A stretch of DNA of 64,000 bases, taken from contig OZ244999.1 in NCBI GenBank assembly GCA_965223265.1, positions 5,952,001 to 6,016,000 on the forward strand. The letters are read 5' to 3'. A program made the position numbers and the translations under genes. A model generated the notes under the pieces. It did not search any database, was not told the DNA's origin, and saw only the letters and a list, made by a program, of their open reading frames with translations. The stretch is from Planctomycetota bacterium (GTDB taxonomy: Bacteria; Planctomycetota; UBA8108; SXIK01). This document shows, piece after piece, positions 10,062 through 20,293 of this stretch. Positions within the stretch are counted from its first letter, which is position 1. Every line of letters starts with the position of its first letter.

Positions 10062-10236
10062 GAGAAGGACACAAGTCTGAGCGTCGCCTGAAAAAGCGCT
10101 AAGGGAGATTCAGGCGAGAGTTGTTCTCCAGTTTTTTTCCTAATTCTCGAGGCGAAAAGGCGAGGTAACGCGAACCTGAGGTACGGGGTGTCCCCCCACG
10201 AGGGGTTGGTAGCAGGCGACGGGAGGTATTTCCGCC

Positions 10237-13200
10237 ATGACGGAGCACCGTTCGAGTCACGCGGCAGAGCAAGCGAGTCGGCCGATTCCGCAGACGAACG
10301 GCGGCTCGCTCGACGTAGGTCTCCGAGCTGCCTTCGGGCCCGCCTCGGAGACTCCCGACGGCCTCACCCCTTCGGTCGCCCAGGTGCTATCACGAAGGGT
10401 CGGCCCGCTCTCGCAGATCAGCCTGCGCGACGTCGAAGACGACAACAGCCCGATTCTCAGACCACGCAGCCGCTCGCTCGAGCAGAGAGTCCCCGGCAAC
10501 ATCGACCGCTTTCAGGTCGCTGGTGAGATCGCCCGCGGCGGCGTCGGCGCCGTTCTCAAAGCGCGCGACGTCGACCTTGGTCGCGACATCGCGCTGAAGG
10601 TGCTCCTCGACGAGTATCAGGACAACCCGGACATGATCCGGCGCTTCGTCGAGGAGGCCCAAATCGCTGGGCAGCTGCAGCATCCCGGCATCGTCGCGGT
10701 GCACGAGATGGGCCTCTTTGGCGGCAAGCGCCCCTACTTCGCCATGAAGCTCGTCAAAGGGCAGACGCTTTCTGCTCTCTTAAAGGAGCGACAGACACCA
10801 GGTGAGGATCGGCAGCGATTCCTTGGCGTCTTCGAGCAGGTATGCCAGACGCTGGCTTACGCGCACACCCGTGGTGTTATCCATCGCGACCTCAAGCCGT
10901 CGAATATCATGGTCGGCACCTTCGGCGAAGTGCAGGTGATGGACTGGGGGCTGGCCAAGGTGCTGTCGCACGGCGGTCTTTCGGACGACCGCTGGGCATC
11001 GAAGACGCGACCGGACGACAGCGCGGTCAAGACGGTGCGCAGCGCCAGCGGCGGCTCGGCGTCGCTCGCCGGCTCCGTTCTGGGAACGCCCGCGTACATG
11101 CCTCCGGAGCAGGCGCGCGGTGAAGTGGACGACCTCGACGAACGCTCCGATGTCTTCGGCCTCGGCGCGATTCTTTGCGAGGTTCTCACCGGTGACCCAC
11201 CCTACACCGGCAAAAACAGCGATGACGTCTTCCGCCGCGCCAAGAAGGCGCAGCTCGGCGAGGCGCTGACCCGGCTGGATGGGTGCGGCGCCGACGAAGA
11301 AGTGATCGGGCTAGCGAAAAGGTGCCTCGCAACTGCGCCACAAGACCGCCCGCCTAACGCCAAAGCGGTCACGAAACAGCTGAGCGACTACCTCGAGTCA
11401 CTTGAGGGACGAGCGCGCAAACTCGAGGTCGAGGCCGCCGAGGCGCGGGTCAAGGCGCTCGGCGAACGCCGGGCGCGACGATTGACGCTCGCCTTGGCGA
11501 TCATGGCGGTTGTGACGTTAGTTCTTTGTGGCGTTTACCTGGTGCGCGTTGCGACGAGAAACACCTTGGCTGAGACCGCCATCAAAGATGTCAGTAGTCT
11601 GTGGGAACGCGTGCAAGAGAAGAGCATTCACCCATCGTGGACGAGTGTGGCGCAGCACACGGATGACCAGAACTTTGTTGACGACCCGTTGAAAGACGCG
11701 CTGACAGCCGCGCAGCATGCCGTCGGGCTCGCCGAAGGCGCGCGCGTGCAGCTGCATCACAAGGCGCGCCAGTTGCGGGATGACATTCAGGTGGCGCTTT
11801 CGAAGCGCAGGGAGAACCGCGAGATGCTCCGGCGGCTCGATCGTCTGCCGGTGCCTTCACCCTCCTATTACGAAAAAGGAGAACGAGAACTCCTCAAGAC
11901 CTTCGAGCAGGCGTTCCGCGACTACGGCATCGACGTCGTCAATCTCGATCCTCAAACCGCTGCGGAGCGCATCAACGAGAGCGGCATCGCGGAGGAGTTG
12001 GCGCAGGCACTCGACGTTTGGATGGCGATGCAGAGCCGGCCGGTCGACGGGAATGAGACCGATGTGATGGAAAAGCTCTCTCAGATCGCCGACCGGGTCG
12101 ACCCCAACCCCTGGCAAAGACGGATGCGTCAGGCGGTGACTGAAAGAGACGTCGACGAGTTGCGCAAGTTGGCGGTCGCGGCCGATGCTGGTAGGAGTAG
12201 CGAACGAAGCCTTCTCTGCCTCGCGGCGCACCTCTTCCGTACCGACAGGGAAGCCAGTAAGAACCTGCTCAAGAGAGCCTGGGGGCACCACCCTGACAGT
12301 TTCTGGATCAACTATTGGCTCGGTGTCGTCCTGCGCATGGAGGGCTCCGCAGACAGCCGCGGACACTTGCGCGCTGCCGTGGCCCTGCGGCGAGAAAGCC
12401 CCTGGGTCCTGCGCGACATCGGCCGCGAGTTCTGCCGCCCGAGGGGAAAGGCGTCAGCGTGGGGACCCAACAACCCGTCGCCGACCGACTTCGAGATCGG
12501 CATCGACGCCTACACCGAGGCCATCCGGCTCGATCCGAGTCACTATTTCTCCTTCTACCAGGTGTCGTTGCGAGTCCTCCAGCGACCCGGCGTTCTCGAC
12601 CGTGGTCGAAGGAGTGCCGCCATCGAGCGGCTGATCCACCGCCTCGACGCAGTAGTTCGCTCGTCCGACCCGGTTCCCGACTACGCACGAAACGCCTTTC
12701 TCGCCGCCTGGTGCCTCAAACCGACGGTTGAACCGGTGTCGAACGTCCTCAGCGTAGCAATTCACGACGTCGAGGCGACGCAGCGCAAGGATCGCCGCGC
12801 GCTCAGTGTCATGGCGCATGTACTCTGGCACCGCGGCCAGCGTGAGGAAGCGATCCGTACGATGGAGGAGGCGCTCCGCCTGCACGGCGAGATTCCAACG
12901 AATGCCAAGGACTTGATCGAAGCTTGGCGCCGCGCGGAGCCGGATCTCCTGACGTACGCCTCCATCGACGCCGCCATGGACGATGCGGAAAAACTCGAGC
13001 GTTTCGTCGAACAGAGTGGGCCCGACGCGGCAGCGCGGCGAGCGTATCTCGACGGCCGTCGCCTGCAGCTAGCCGAGCAGCCGGTGGCTGCCGCCGAGAA
13101 GTTCAACGACGTCCTTGCGCTCGACGTCGCGCACGACCAGCCAGAGCCGTACCTTCGCCTCGCCGAGACCCTGCGGGACGCGGGAAGGAGTCAAGAAGCG

Positions 13201-13911
13201 GAAGAGCTCCTGCGAGATGCACTGACAAAGAGAAGATTCTCCTTCGCCGAGTTCTGGAATCTGTGGCTGACCATCTCAATGGTCGATCTCCGGCAGACTC
13301 CGGAGCAGCTTCTCGCTACGTTTCCGACCACACCGCAGCAAACTCAACCCGAAGAGAACCTGTTCGTGGTTGTCGACTATGCCAGCGATCTCCGCTGGCT
13401 TCTGGAGCGCTTGACAGCAAAAGAGCCTGTGCAGATCAATTGCGGCGGCACGAGACACAAAAGCGCGAGCGGCCGAATCTGGGAGAGTGATCGCTTCTAC
13501 ATCCGCGGGGAACTCCTCTACGCCGGGGTCAATCAGTTTCCTGGCGGCATCCACGGCACCGACGAGCCTCCTCTCTACGCCACCAACCGCTGGTTTCCGA
13601 CCATCGCCCTTCCTGCAGGCTACCGAATTCCATTGCCTCCAGGGTCGTACCGCGTGCGACTTCACTTCGCCGAAGTCTTCTACTCGGTCACCGGGCCAGG
13701 AATCCGCGTCTTCAACGTGTTGATCGAAGACGAGCCGGTGGAAGAACTGACAGGCTACGACATCATGGCAACAACCAAAGCCTTCGCGACGACAGACGTC
13801 CACGAAGTGGAAGCCGAAGTCACCGATGGGATCCTCGACATCGAATTCACCAACGTCGACCCGCGCCTAGGGAACCCCATCATCTGTGCGATCGAAGTGG
13901 AACAGAAATGA
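10237..13911 (+). CDS. Hanks-type Ser/Thr receptor kinase with TM, TPR-like repeats and C-terminal malectin domain
   Basis: IARGGVGAV, IALK, HRDLKPSN, DWGLAK, GTPAYMPPE, SDVFGLG; TM LTLALAIMAVVTLVLCGVYLV; malectin motifs INCGG, WESD, LYATNR, YRVRLHFAEV, RVFNV, DGILDIEF, ICAIEV. Confidence 0.92.
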   Translation: MTEHRSSHAAEQASRPIPQTNGGSLDVGLRAAFGPASETPDGLTPSVAQVLSRRVGPLSQISLRDVEDDNSPILRPRSRSLEQRVPGNIDRFQVAGEIARGGVGAVLKARDVDLGRDIALKVLLDEYQDNPDMIRRFVEEAQIAGQLQHPGIVAVHEMGLFGGKRPYFAMKLVKGQTLSALLKERQTPGEDRQRFLGVFEQVCQTLAYAHTRGVIHRDLKPSNIMVGTFGEVQVMDWGLAKVLSHGGLSDDRWASKTRPDDSAVKTVRSASGGSASLAGSVLGTPAYMPPEQARGEVDDLDERSDVFGLGAILCEVLTGDPPYTGKNSDDVFRRAKKAQLGEALTRLDGCGADEEVIGLAKRCLATAPQDRPPNAKAVTKQLSDYLESLEGRARKLEVEAAEARVKALGERRARRLTLALAIMAVVTLVLCGVYLVRVATRNTLAETAIKDVSSLWERVQEKSIHPSWTSVAQHTDDQNFVDDPLKDALTAAQHAVGLAEGARVQLHHKARQLRDDIQVALSKRRENREMLRRLDRLPVPSPSYYEKGERELLKTFEQAFRDYGIDVVNLDPQTAAERINESGIAEELAQALDVWMAMQSRPVDGNETDVMEKLSQIADRVDPNPWQRRMRQAVTERDVDELRKLAVAADAGRSSERSLLCLAAHLFRTDREASKNLLKRAWGHHPDSFWINYWLGVVLRMEGSADSRGHLRAAVALRRESPWVLRDIGREFCRPRGKASAWGPNNPSPTDFEIGIDAYTEAIRLDPSHYFSFYQVSLRVLQRPGVLDRGRRSAAIERLIHRLDAVVRSSDPVPDYARNAFLAAWCLKPTVEPVSNVLSVAIHDVEATQRKDRRALSVMAHVLWHRGQREEAIRTMEEALRLHGEIPTNAKDLIEAWRRAEPDLLTYASIDAAMDDAEKLERFVEQSGPDAAARRAYLDGRRLQLAEQPVAAAEKFNDVLALDVAHDQPEPYLRLAETLRDAGRSQEAEELLRDALTKRRFSFAEFWNLWLTISMVDLRQTPEQLLATFPTTPQQTQPEENLFVVVDYASDLRWLLERLTAKEPVQINCGGTRHKSASGRIWESDRFYIRGELLYAGVNQFPGGIHGTDEPPLYATNRWFPTIALPAGYRIPLPPGSYRVRLHFAEVFYSVTGPGIRVFNVLIEDEPVEELTGYDIMATTKAFATTDVHEVEAEVTDGILDIEFTNVDPRLGNPIICAIEVEQK

Positions 13912-14028
13912 TGGTGGGAGCAGTGGGAGATCGAGCCTCGAGAAGAGGGTGCAGAAACAGCGACGAAGAAGACTCGAACCAACGAAGCGGTAAACAACGA
14001 GAACGAATCGCTTAGAAAGGAGCCGAGT

Positions 14029-15552
14029 ATGTCTCAGAGACAGAGCTCGAGAGTTTCGATTGCGGCGCTTTTGACTGCGACCACCTTTGCGGTCGGAATC
14101 GCCCACGCCAATATCGACTACACCGACGACAGCGGTGACGTCAACGGCGACGGCATCGTCGACCTCGCCGACGCCGTCTTCCTACTCAACTGGCTCTTCG
14201 GCGATGCGGAGGGTCCGGCGCACCGCCCGTCCGATCCGGCCTGCCAAGTCGACCCGGAGGACGGAGAGCTATCGGGCGCAGGCATCACCCGCATGCCCGT
14301 CCGCAGAGTTCGAGACCTCCATACCTTCGTCGGCGCCTCGTGGCTCGTCCGCAGCGCCGACGGAGTCACGGCGCTGCTGCACTCAGACGACATTCCCACT
14401 GGTCACGCGGTGACGCTGTGGTGGGTCATCATCAACAACCCCGAAGAGTGCGTCGATGGCTGCGATGGAACGGACTTTCGGGTCGCAGCGACGAACTCCG
14501 ATCTACTCTACGCCGACGGTTTCGTCGTCGGTGATGGACACGTGAGCTTCGGAGCCCACTTGCAGGTCGGCGACATCGCTGAGTCCTACCGCGACCTCTG
14601 GAATTTGGAACCGATCGGACTTCTGGACCCTCTGAACGCCGAGATCCGCTTGTTCGTTCGCAGTCACGGACCAGTAACCCCAGAGAGCGATATCGCCGCG
14701 ATGATCGGGACGATGGACGCCGGTTGCGACAAGGAAAAAGCGATACCGCGCGGTGAAGTTCCCGACGAACCTGGCGAGTGTAGTGACATCCTCGCGAGTG
14801 GCCACATCGCAGGCGTCACTATGTCGGACTACGTTGTCGATGCTAACGTGCTCGACGGCGGCCGCGAGGTCGAGTTCGCTCTTGAGACTGGTGACGTCAA
14901 CGCGGACCGCAAAACGGACATCAGTGACGCTATCTATCTCCTCAGTGCACTCTTTCGAAGTGGCCCACAACCGGCCGAGTTTCTCTGCGAAACGAACCCG
15001 CTTGACGAGACTTCGGCGCGCGGCGGCATCAGCCGGATGCCGATCCAACCCGTCGGTGACGGGGAGAGCGTCGTCGGCTCCTCCTGGATCAGCCGCAACG
15101 AACGCGGCGTCACGGTGTTCGTCGCGCCGGCGGAAATCCCCGCCGGCCACGGCATCAGCCTCTGGTGGGGAATCTACAACAACCCGTCAGCCTGCGATGG
15201 CGATTGCGACGGCGCTGATCTGGCGAATCCGGCGGTCGAGGCCGACATCGTCTATGGGCGCAGCTTCGTTACTGGAACGGAGCATCCGAGCGCTGGTGAC
15301 CACCTTGGGCTCGATGAGACTTCTGGGTCCGTGAGGGCAAGCACTCTGGGCATGGAGCCCATCGGGCTCGTCGATCCCTTGAAGGCAGAGATTCACCTCA
15401 TCATCCGCGACTACGGCAAACTGCAGCCAGGTGATTCCATGGAGGTGCCAGCGCGCTTTGATGGCGAGTGCGAGCGCCTCCTGCTCCAGGGCGAGATGCC
15501 GAAGACCGCGGCGACTTGCTCGAGCCTGTTCACAGCACGGCATCGATCATAG
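14029..15552 (+). CDS. Secreted protein, two tandem [dockerin-like + unknown His/Cys domain] units
   Basis: GAAAGGAG RBS, signal peptide, GDVNGDGIVDLADAVFLL and GDVNADRKTDISDAIYLL, each followed by a GHAxTLWW..NNP..C..C domain. Confidence 0.8.
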   Translation: MSQRQSSRVSIAALLTATTFAVGIAHANIDYTDDSGDVNGDGIVDLADAVFLLNWLFGDAEGPAHRPSDPACQVDPEDGELSGAGITRMPVRRVRDLHTFVGASWLVRSADGVTALLHSDDIPTGHAVTLWWVIINNPEECVDGCDGTDFRVAATNSDLLYADGFVVGDGHVSFGAHLQVGDIAESYRDLWNLEPIGLLDPLNAEIRLFVRSHGPVTPESDIAAMIGTMDAGCDKEKAIPRGEVPDEPGECSDILASGHIAGVTMSDYVVDANVLDGGREVEFALETGDVNADRKTDISDAIYLLSALFRSGPQPAEFLCETNPLDETSARGGISRMPIQPVGDGESVVGSSWISRNERGVTVFVAPAEIPAGHGISLWWGIYNNPSACDGDCDGADLANPAVEADIVYGRSFVTGTEHPSAGDHLGLDETSGSVRASTLGMEPIGLVDPLKAEIHLIIRDYGKLQPGDSMEVPARFDGECERLLLQGEMPKTAATCSSLFTARHRS

Positions 15553-15631
15553 TTTCAACAAGCGATCTTCTCGCAAGTCACGCGGCGCTTTTTCGATTGT
15601 TCCGCGCGCAGCGTGAAGCCCCTAACGATAG

Positions 15632-15661
15632 AGAGCCGGCATTGGCCGGCTCTTTTTTTTT
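15632..15661 (+). terminator. Rho-independent terminator
   Basis: AGAGCCGGC-attg-GCCGGCTCT 9-bp stem followed by a long T run, 80 nt after the stop of the 14029 gene. Confidence 0.85.
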
Positions 15662-15931
15662 GGCGCGCAAACCCACCCCCCTCACCTCCACAGCGTCTCC
15701 CAAAAAGAATCCAACAAACCTGCGGGTGAAAACCTCTCGAGCGACGAACCAGGAATGTAGACGACGCCTGAGCTGACACCGAAAGCTTTCAGCGGCGTCA
15801 TGACTGATCTCCGGAGGCTGGTCAGGGACATTCGCCACGAACACGCGGCTGCCACCACAGCGAACACGCCGTGTTCAAACCTGCTCGTGTTGCAGGGGAT
15901 AACCAATTAGCTACGTGGGAGAATCTTTGCT

Positions 15932-16753
15932 ATGCGTAAACGAACGAACCCGATGAGATTGTTTTCGGCGGCGTTCGCGTTGAGTTGCCTTTGCCTCCTT
16001 CATACCTCAATCGCAGAGGCACAGTCAGCACCAGTCGCAACCCAAAATGGCGACGTCAACGGCGATGATCGCATCGATCTGGGGGATGCGATCTATCTCC
16101 TCAACTGGCAGTTCCTCGACGGGCCCAAGCCGGTGGAATTCGGATGTCCGGGCCCGTTCGCCGAGACTCTGGCGGCGATCGTCGACCAGTTAGATGACGG
16201 GGGCGGGGGCAGTGGCGGGGGCGTCAGCATGAGCGCCGCGGACGTCCACCCGTTCTATGCCCCCGGAGCGGTCGTCGGATCGTCGCACCTGCTCCGAAAC
16301 GGCAGCGGCGTGACGTCGACCTTACACACAACCGACGTTCTCCCGGGGCATGCGTTCACTCTCTGGTGGGTCGTCTTCAACAATCCGGCGGCGTGTGTTG
16401 ACGGGTGTAACGGCCCCGACTTAAGGAACCCGGAAGTCATGGCTGACGTGATGTATGCCACCGGGAACATCTCTGGCGACGCCGGGACACTCAACTTTGG
16501 AGCCCACCTGAGCGTCGGAGATACGTCTGGATCGATCATCGACGACCTCTTCGGGCTCGAGCCAATTGGCCTCATCGATCCGATGGGGGCCGAGATTCAC
16601 CAAATCATTCGCAGTCACGGCCCGGCGATTCCAGGTCAAGTTTCGGAGCAGATCACGACGTTCAACGGCGGCTGCACGATCATCCTACCGCGCCCGGAAA
16701 TCCCGGACGAGGAAGGAGAATGCGTCGACATCCAGTTCGCCGTCCACAGTTGA
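15932..16753 (+). CDS. Secreted protein, dockerin-like + one copy of the same unknown domain
   Basis: Signal peptide, GDVNGDDRIDLGDAIYLLNW, Gly linker, PGHAFTLWWVVFNNPAACVDGC...AEIHQIIRSHG. Confidence 0.82.
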   Translation: MRKRTNPMRLFSAAFALSCLCLLHTSIAEAQSAPVATQNGDVNGDDRIDLGDAIYLLNWQFLDGPKPVEFGCPGPFAETLAAIVDQLDDGGGGSGGGVSMSAADVHPFYAPGAVVGSSHLLRNGSGVTSTLHTTDVLPGHAFTLWWVVFNNPAACVDGCNGPDLRNPEVMADVMYATGNISGDAGTLNFGAHLSVGDTSGSIIDDLFGLEPIGLIDPMGAEIHQIIRSHGPAIPGQVSEQITTFNGGCTIILPRPEIPDEEGECVDIQFAVHS

Positions 16754-16967
16754 CGCGGGCCTATCCTTTCTAGGCGGTCGCTCGATTTCTCTCTCGCCGT
16801 GCTACCCACACGGCGGGAGAGAGTCGACGCCCGTTCCGCAGATCACATGCGTTCCGATGGGAGAGCAACCGCTTCGTCGTCGCGCAGGAGAGTCGCTTTG
16901 GTGAGGATTACCGTGATCGACTTGAAAGTCCTCGCGGAAGTACGCCGCAATCTCCGCCCCGTCAGAT

Positions 16968-17813
16968 CTAGCGAGAGGCTGCCGCGTCGATTGAGCGGAG
17001 GGCTCGAGCTGCGAGCTGTCGAACGAATGGATCGTTATCCTCGAGAGCGATCGTCAATTCGCGGCTTGCGATGGCGGCTCGATCGCCCAATCGAGTGAAC
17101 ATATGGGCTGCGGCCCATCGCTCCTGTCGTTCTCCTCGGGTCAAAGCGGTAGTGAGCGGCACAGCGATCGACTCATCGCCGTACTCCGCAGCGAGTCGGT
17201 CGAGCACCGACCACGCCAAATGCGGGTCGGTGCTGGCATACTGAGGGATGACTGCTAGGGCGCAATCCTGCGGGACCGATCGCATGCCCGCCAAGGCTCG
17301 GAGCGCCTCCAGACGAACGTCGCGGCAATGGCTCCGGAGAAGCTCGACGACGGCCGGTGCTTCCCTGGACGTCGCCGCCTCCATCTCGGAAAGGACGCCC
17401 CTGACGACACGGAACACGGCATCGTTCTCGGTGGCCAGCTGCGATATGACCGCCGGTCTGGCCGCCGCACCGATCCGGACGAGTGCTTGACTCGCGTAGC
17501 GAAACTGGACCCAAGCCCAGTGGGAATCCCCGACGCCACCGAACAGAAAGCGCTGTGGACTTGGGAAGCGCTCGGGGTCGCTGGTCACTTGATGGACGAG
17601 GAGATCGACCAGCGGTTGAACGGCTCTCTGCGATCGCATCGCCCCCAGCCGCTCTGCCGCCTCTCGCCTGATGTCGTCGTCCTCGACGTTCAATCGTGAC
17701 AGATACCAGAATTCGAGCGCGACGTTCTTGAGCAGGAAAACGACCACCACCAACACAATCGTTCCGCTCACTCCCGCGATCATCGCCAGACGTTTGCCAC
17801 GCTGCGCTTCCAT
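16968..17813 (-). CDS. Membrane-anchored HEAT-repeat protein
   Basis: GAGGAG RBS before ATG 17813, N-terminal TM, IRREAAERLG, VRLEALRAL, DNDPFVRQLAARAL. Confidence 0.75.
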   Translation of the reverse strand: MEAQRGKRLAMIAGVSGTIVLVVVVFLLKNVALEFWYLSRLNVEDDDIRREAAERLGAMRSQRAVQPLVDLLVHQVTSDPERFPSPQRFLFGGVGDSHWAWVQFRYASQALVRIGAAARPAVISQLATENDAVFRVVRGVLSEMEAATSREAPAVVELLRSHCRDVRLEALRALAGMRSVPQDCALAVIPQYASTDPHLAWSVLDRLAAEYGDESIAVPLTTALTRGERQERWAAAHMFTRLGDRAAIASRELTIALEDNDPFVRQLAARALRSIDAAASR

Positions 17814-17983
17814 CGGCGCTCCTCGGTACCTGCCGACCACCAAGGATATTCTATCGACCCGTTCTCCGCTCGCCCTGATCTTTCGGTCTGCAGCTGCCCC
17901 AGCCGACGCAGTCTCCTTGAGCTCTCGACGCTCGGGGGCGTAGAATCGATGGTGAGTACGAAGTGCGACGAGCGGAGACGCCA

Positions 17984-20293
17984 ATGAGCTGTCTGCAAAA
18001 CACCTGGATGATAATGATGCTCCTCATCGGCGCTCCGATAGCGGTCAGCACCGAAACGCTCGGTGATGCCCCTCGCGCGGAAGATCCATCGCCCAACAAC
18101 CTGCCGCCAGAATACTGGGCTTTTCAGCCAGTCAAGCGATCCGAAGTCCCCAGCGTCCAAAACAAACCGTGGGTGCGAAGCCCGATCGACGCCTTCGTCC
18201 TCGACAAACTTGAACGCGAGGGTCTCGAGCCGGCCGCCGACGCCGACAGGATCACACTCATCCGCCGCGCCAGCCTCGATCTGATCGGCTACCCGCCGGC
18301 GCCGGACGCGGTGCAGGCGTTTGTCGATGACCGATCGGACGCCGCCTTCGATGCAGTCGTCGATCGGCTCCTCGCATCGCCCCATTACGGCGAACGCATG
18401 GGCAGACACTGGCTCGACCTCGCCCGCTACGCAGAGAGCGCCGGTTTCGAAAAGGATGCCACACGCCCCAATGCCTGGCGCTACCGCGATTACGTCATCG
18501 ACGCCTTCAATCGCGACAAACCCTACAACCGTTTTGTGCGCGAGCAGATCGCCGGCGACGAACTCTGGCCGGACGATTTCACCGCTCGCATCGCAACGGC
18601 GTTCAATCGTCATTATCCCGAAGAAGGCAACAACAAAGACCTTCTCCTCGCGCGGCAGGAAATCCTCCACGACATCACCGACGTCGTCGGCGCGACGTTT
18701 CTAGGACTCACCTTCGGCTGTGCGCGCTGTCACGACCACAAGTACGACCCCATCTCACAGCGGGATTACTATCGTCTGCAGGCTTTCTTCGCCAACGTCG
18801 GTCACGATGACCGCTTCCCTCTTGTTTCGAAGAATCACCGACTGGAGTACGAACGCCGGCTCCGCCTTTGGGAGGAGAAGACACAAGCGATCTGGGACGA
18901 GATGGATGCGATCCTACAAACGAAGCGCGCGTTCACACCAGCGCAGCTGCTGGCGCGCTATCCGGACTACGTCATTGAAGCGATCCAAAAACCGGCCCAT
19001 GAGAGAAGTCCCATCGAGGCGCAGATGGCGTACCTCCTCAGCACCAAAAACTGTAACACCTGCCCGCTGAAGCCGAAGCCCTACCTCAATCCCAACTTCA
19101 GAAGGCCCGCCAAGAGTCTCGAAGGCACACTCAAGGCGCGCTACGAAGCGCTTGAACGCCAGCTCGAGACGTTCGTGCACTTGTTGCCGCCCGACGTACC
19201 GCGCGGCAGTGGAATCATCGACATCAGCAACGACGCACCGCCGACGTACGTGCTGGCAATCGGCATGTACACGGCGCCACTGGAAGAGGTGCAGCCGGGC
19301 TTTCCAGCGAGCATCGATCCGAGTTCACCCCGCATCGCGCCACTTCCCGAGATCGATTCGACAGGTCGCCGCTCGGCACTGGCGAACTGGCTCGCTGACG
19401 CACGCAATCCACTCACCGCGCGGGTGATGGTGAACCGCATCTGGCACTACCACTTCGGCCGCGGCATTGTCGCGACGCCGAGCGACTTCGGCACCCGGGG
19501 CGAAAACCCCACCCATCGCGCGCTGCTTGACTGGCTTGCCGCCGAGTTCGTCGAGAGCGGCTGGAGCGTCAAGCACATGCACCGCCTCATCATGACCTCG
19601 AGCGTCTACCGGCAAAACTCGTACGACCGCGAGGATGCCGGACGCATCGATCCCGCCAATCGTCTCCTGTGGCGATTTCCACCTCAGCGACTTGAAGCGG
19701 AGGCCATCCGAGACTCCGCGCTCGCTGTCAGCGGTCTCCTCAACCGAAAGCTGGGCGGACCGAGCGTCTTTCCGCCGCTGCCACCCGGCATGACGGAGCC
19801 AACCGGCGGTTGGCAGCTGACGGAAGCGATGGCAGATCACCAGAGGCGGAGCGTCTACATCTTTCTTCGCCGCAACAACCGTTATCCGCTCCTCAAGGTC
19901 TTCGACCTTCCCGACTCGCATGCAAGCTGCGCCCGGCGGAACACGACGACCACTCCGCCGCAGGCGATGGCGCTCCTCAACAGCGAGCTTTCGCGCCACT
20001 GGGCGCGGGCCTTCGCGGCCCGTGTTCTCAAAAGCGCCGGACCGGAACCCTCTCAACAAGTCGAGTGGGCCTTTCAGTTCGCTTATTCGCGAGCACCAGA
20101 CGCTTGGGAGAAAGAGACTTCACTCGCCTTTTTGCGACGACAGGCGAACCTGCTGAGGTCACACCAAGCCGACGCCAAGTCGCTGGTGCTGCCGCCGAAC
20201 CTGCTGCCGGACGTCGCCTCACATGACGCGGCGGCGCTGGTCGACTACTGTTTGATGCTGCTCAATGCCAATGAATTCGTCTATCGATTCTGA
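17984..20293 (+). CDS. DUF1549/DUF1553 planctomycete protein
   Basis: YWAFQP, PIDAF, YGERMGRHWLDLARYAES, CARCHDHKYDP, NPLTARVMVNRIW, LLDWLA, RLEAEAIRDS, RRSVY, PQAMALLN. Confidence 0.93.
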   Translation: MSCLQNTWMIMMLLIGAPIAVSTETLGDAPRAEDPSPNNLPPEYWAFQPVKRSEVPSVQNKPWVRSPIDAFVLDKLEREGLEPAADADRITLIRRASLDLIGYPPAPDAVQAFVDDRSDAAFDAVVDRLLASPHYGERMGRHWLDLARYAESAGFEKDATRPNAWRYRDYVIDAFNRDKPYNRFVREQIAGDELWPDDFTARIATAFNRHYPEEGNNKDLLLARQEILHDITDVVGATFLGLTFGCARCHDHKYDPISQRDYYRLQAFFANVGHDDRFPLVSKNHRLEYERRLRLWEEKTQAIWDEMDAILQTKRAFTPAQLLARYPDYVIEAIQKPAHERSPIEAQMAYLLSTKNCNTCPLKPKPYLNPNFRRPAKSLEGTLKARYEALERQLETFVHLLPPDVPRGSGIIDISNDAPPTYVLAIGMYTAPLEEVQPGFPASIDPSSPRIAPLPEIDSTGRRSALANWLADARNPLTARVMVNRIWHYHFGRGIVATPSDFGTRGENPTHRALLDWLAAEFVESGWSVKHMHRLIMTSSVYRQNSYDREDAGRIDPANRLLWRFPPQRLEAEAIRDSALAVSGLLNRKLGGPSVFPPLPPGMTEPTGGWQLTEAMADHQRRSVYIFLRRNNRYPLLKVFDLPDSHASCARRNTTTTPPQAMALLNSELSRHWARAFAARVLKSAGPEPSQQVEWAFQFAYSRAPDAWEKETSLAFLRRQANLLRSHQADAKSLVLPPNLLPDVASHDAAALVDYCLMLLNANEFVYRF

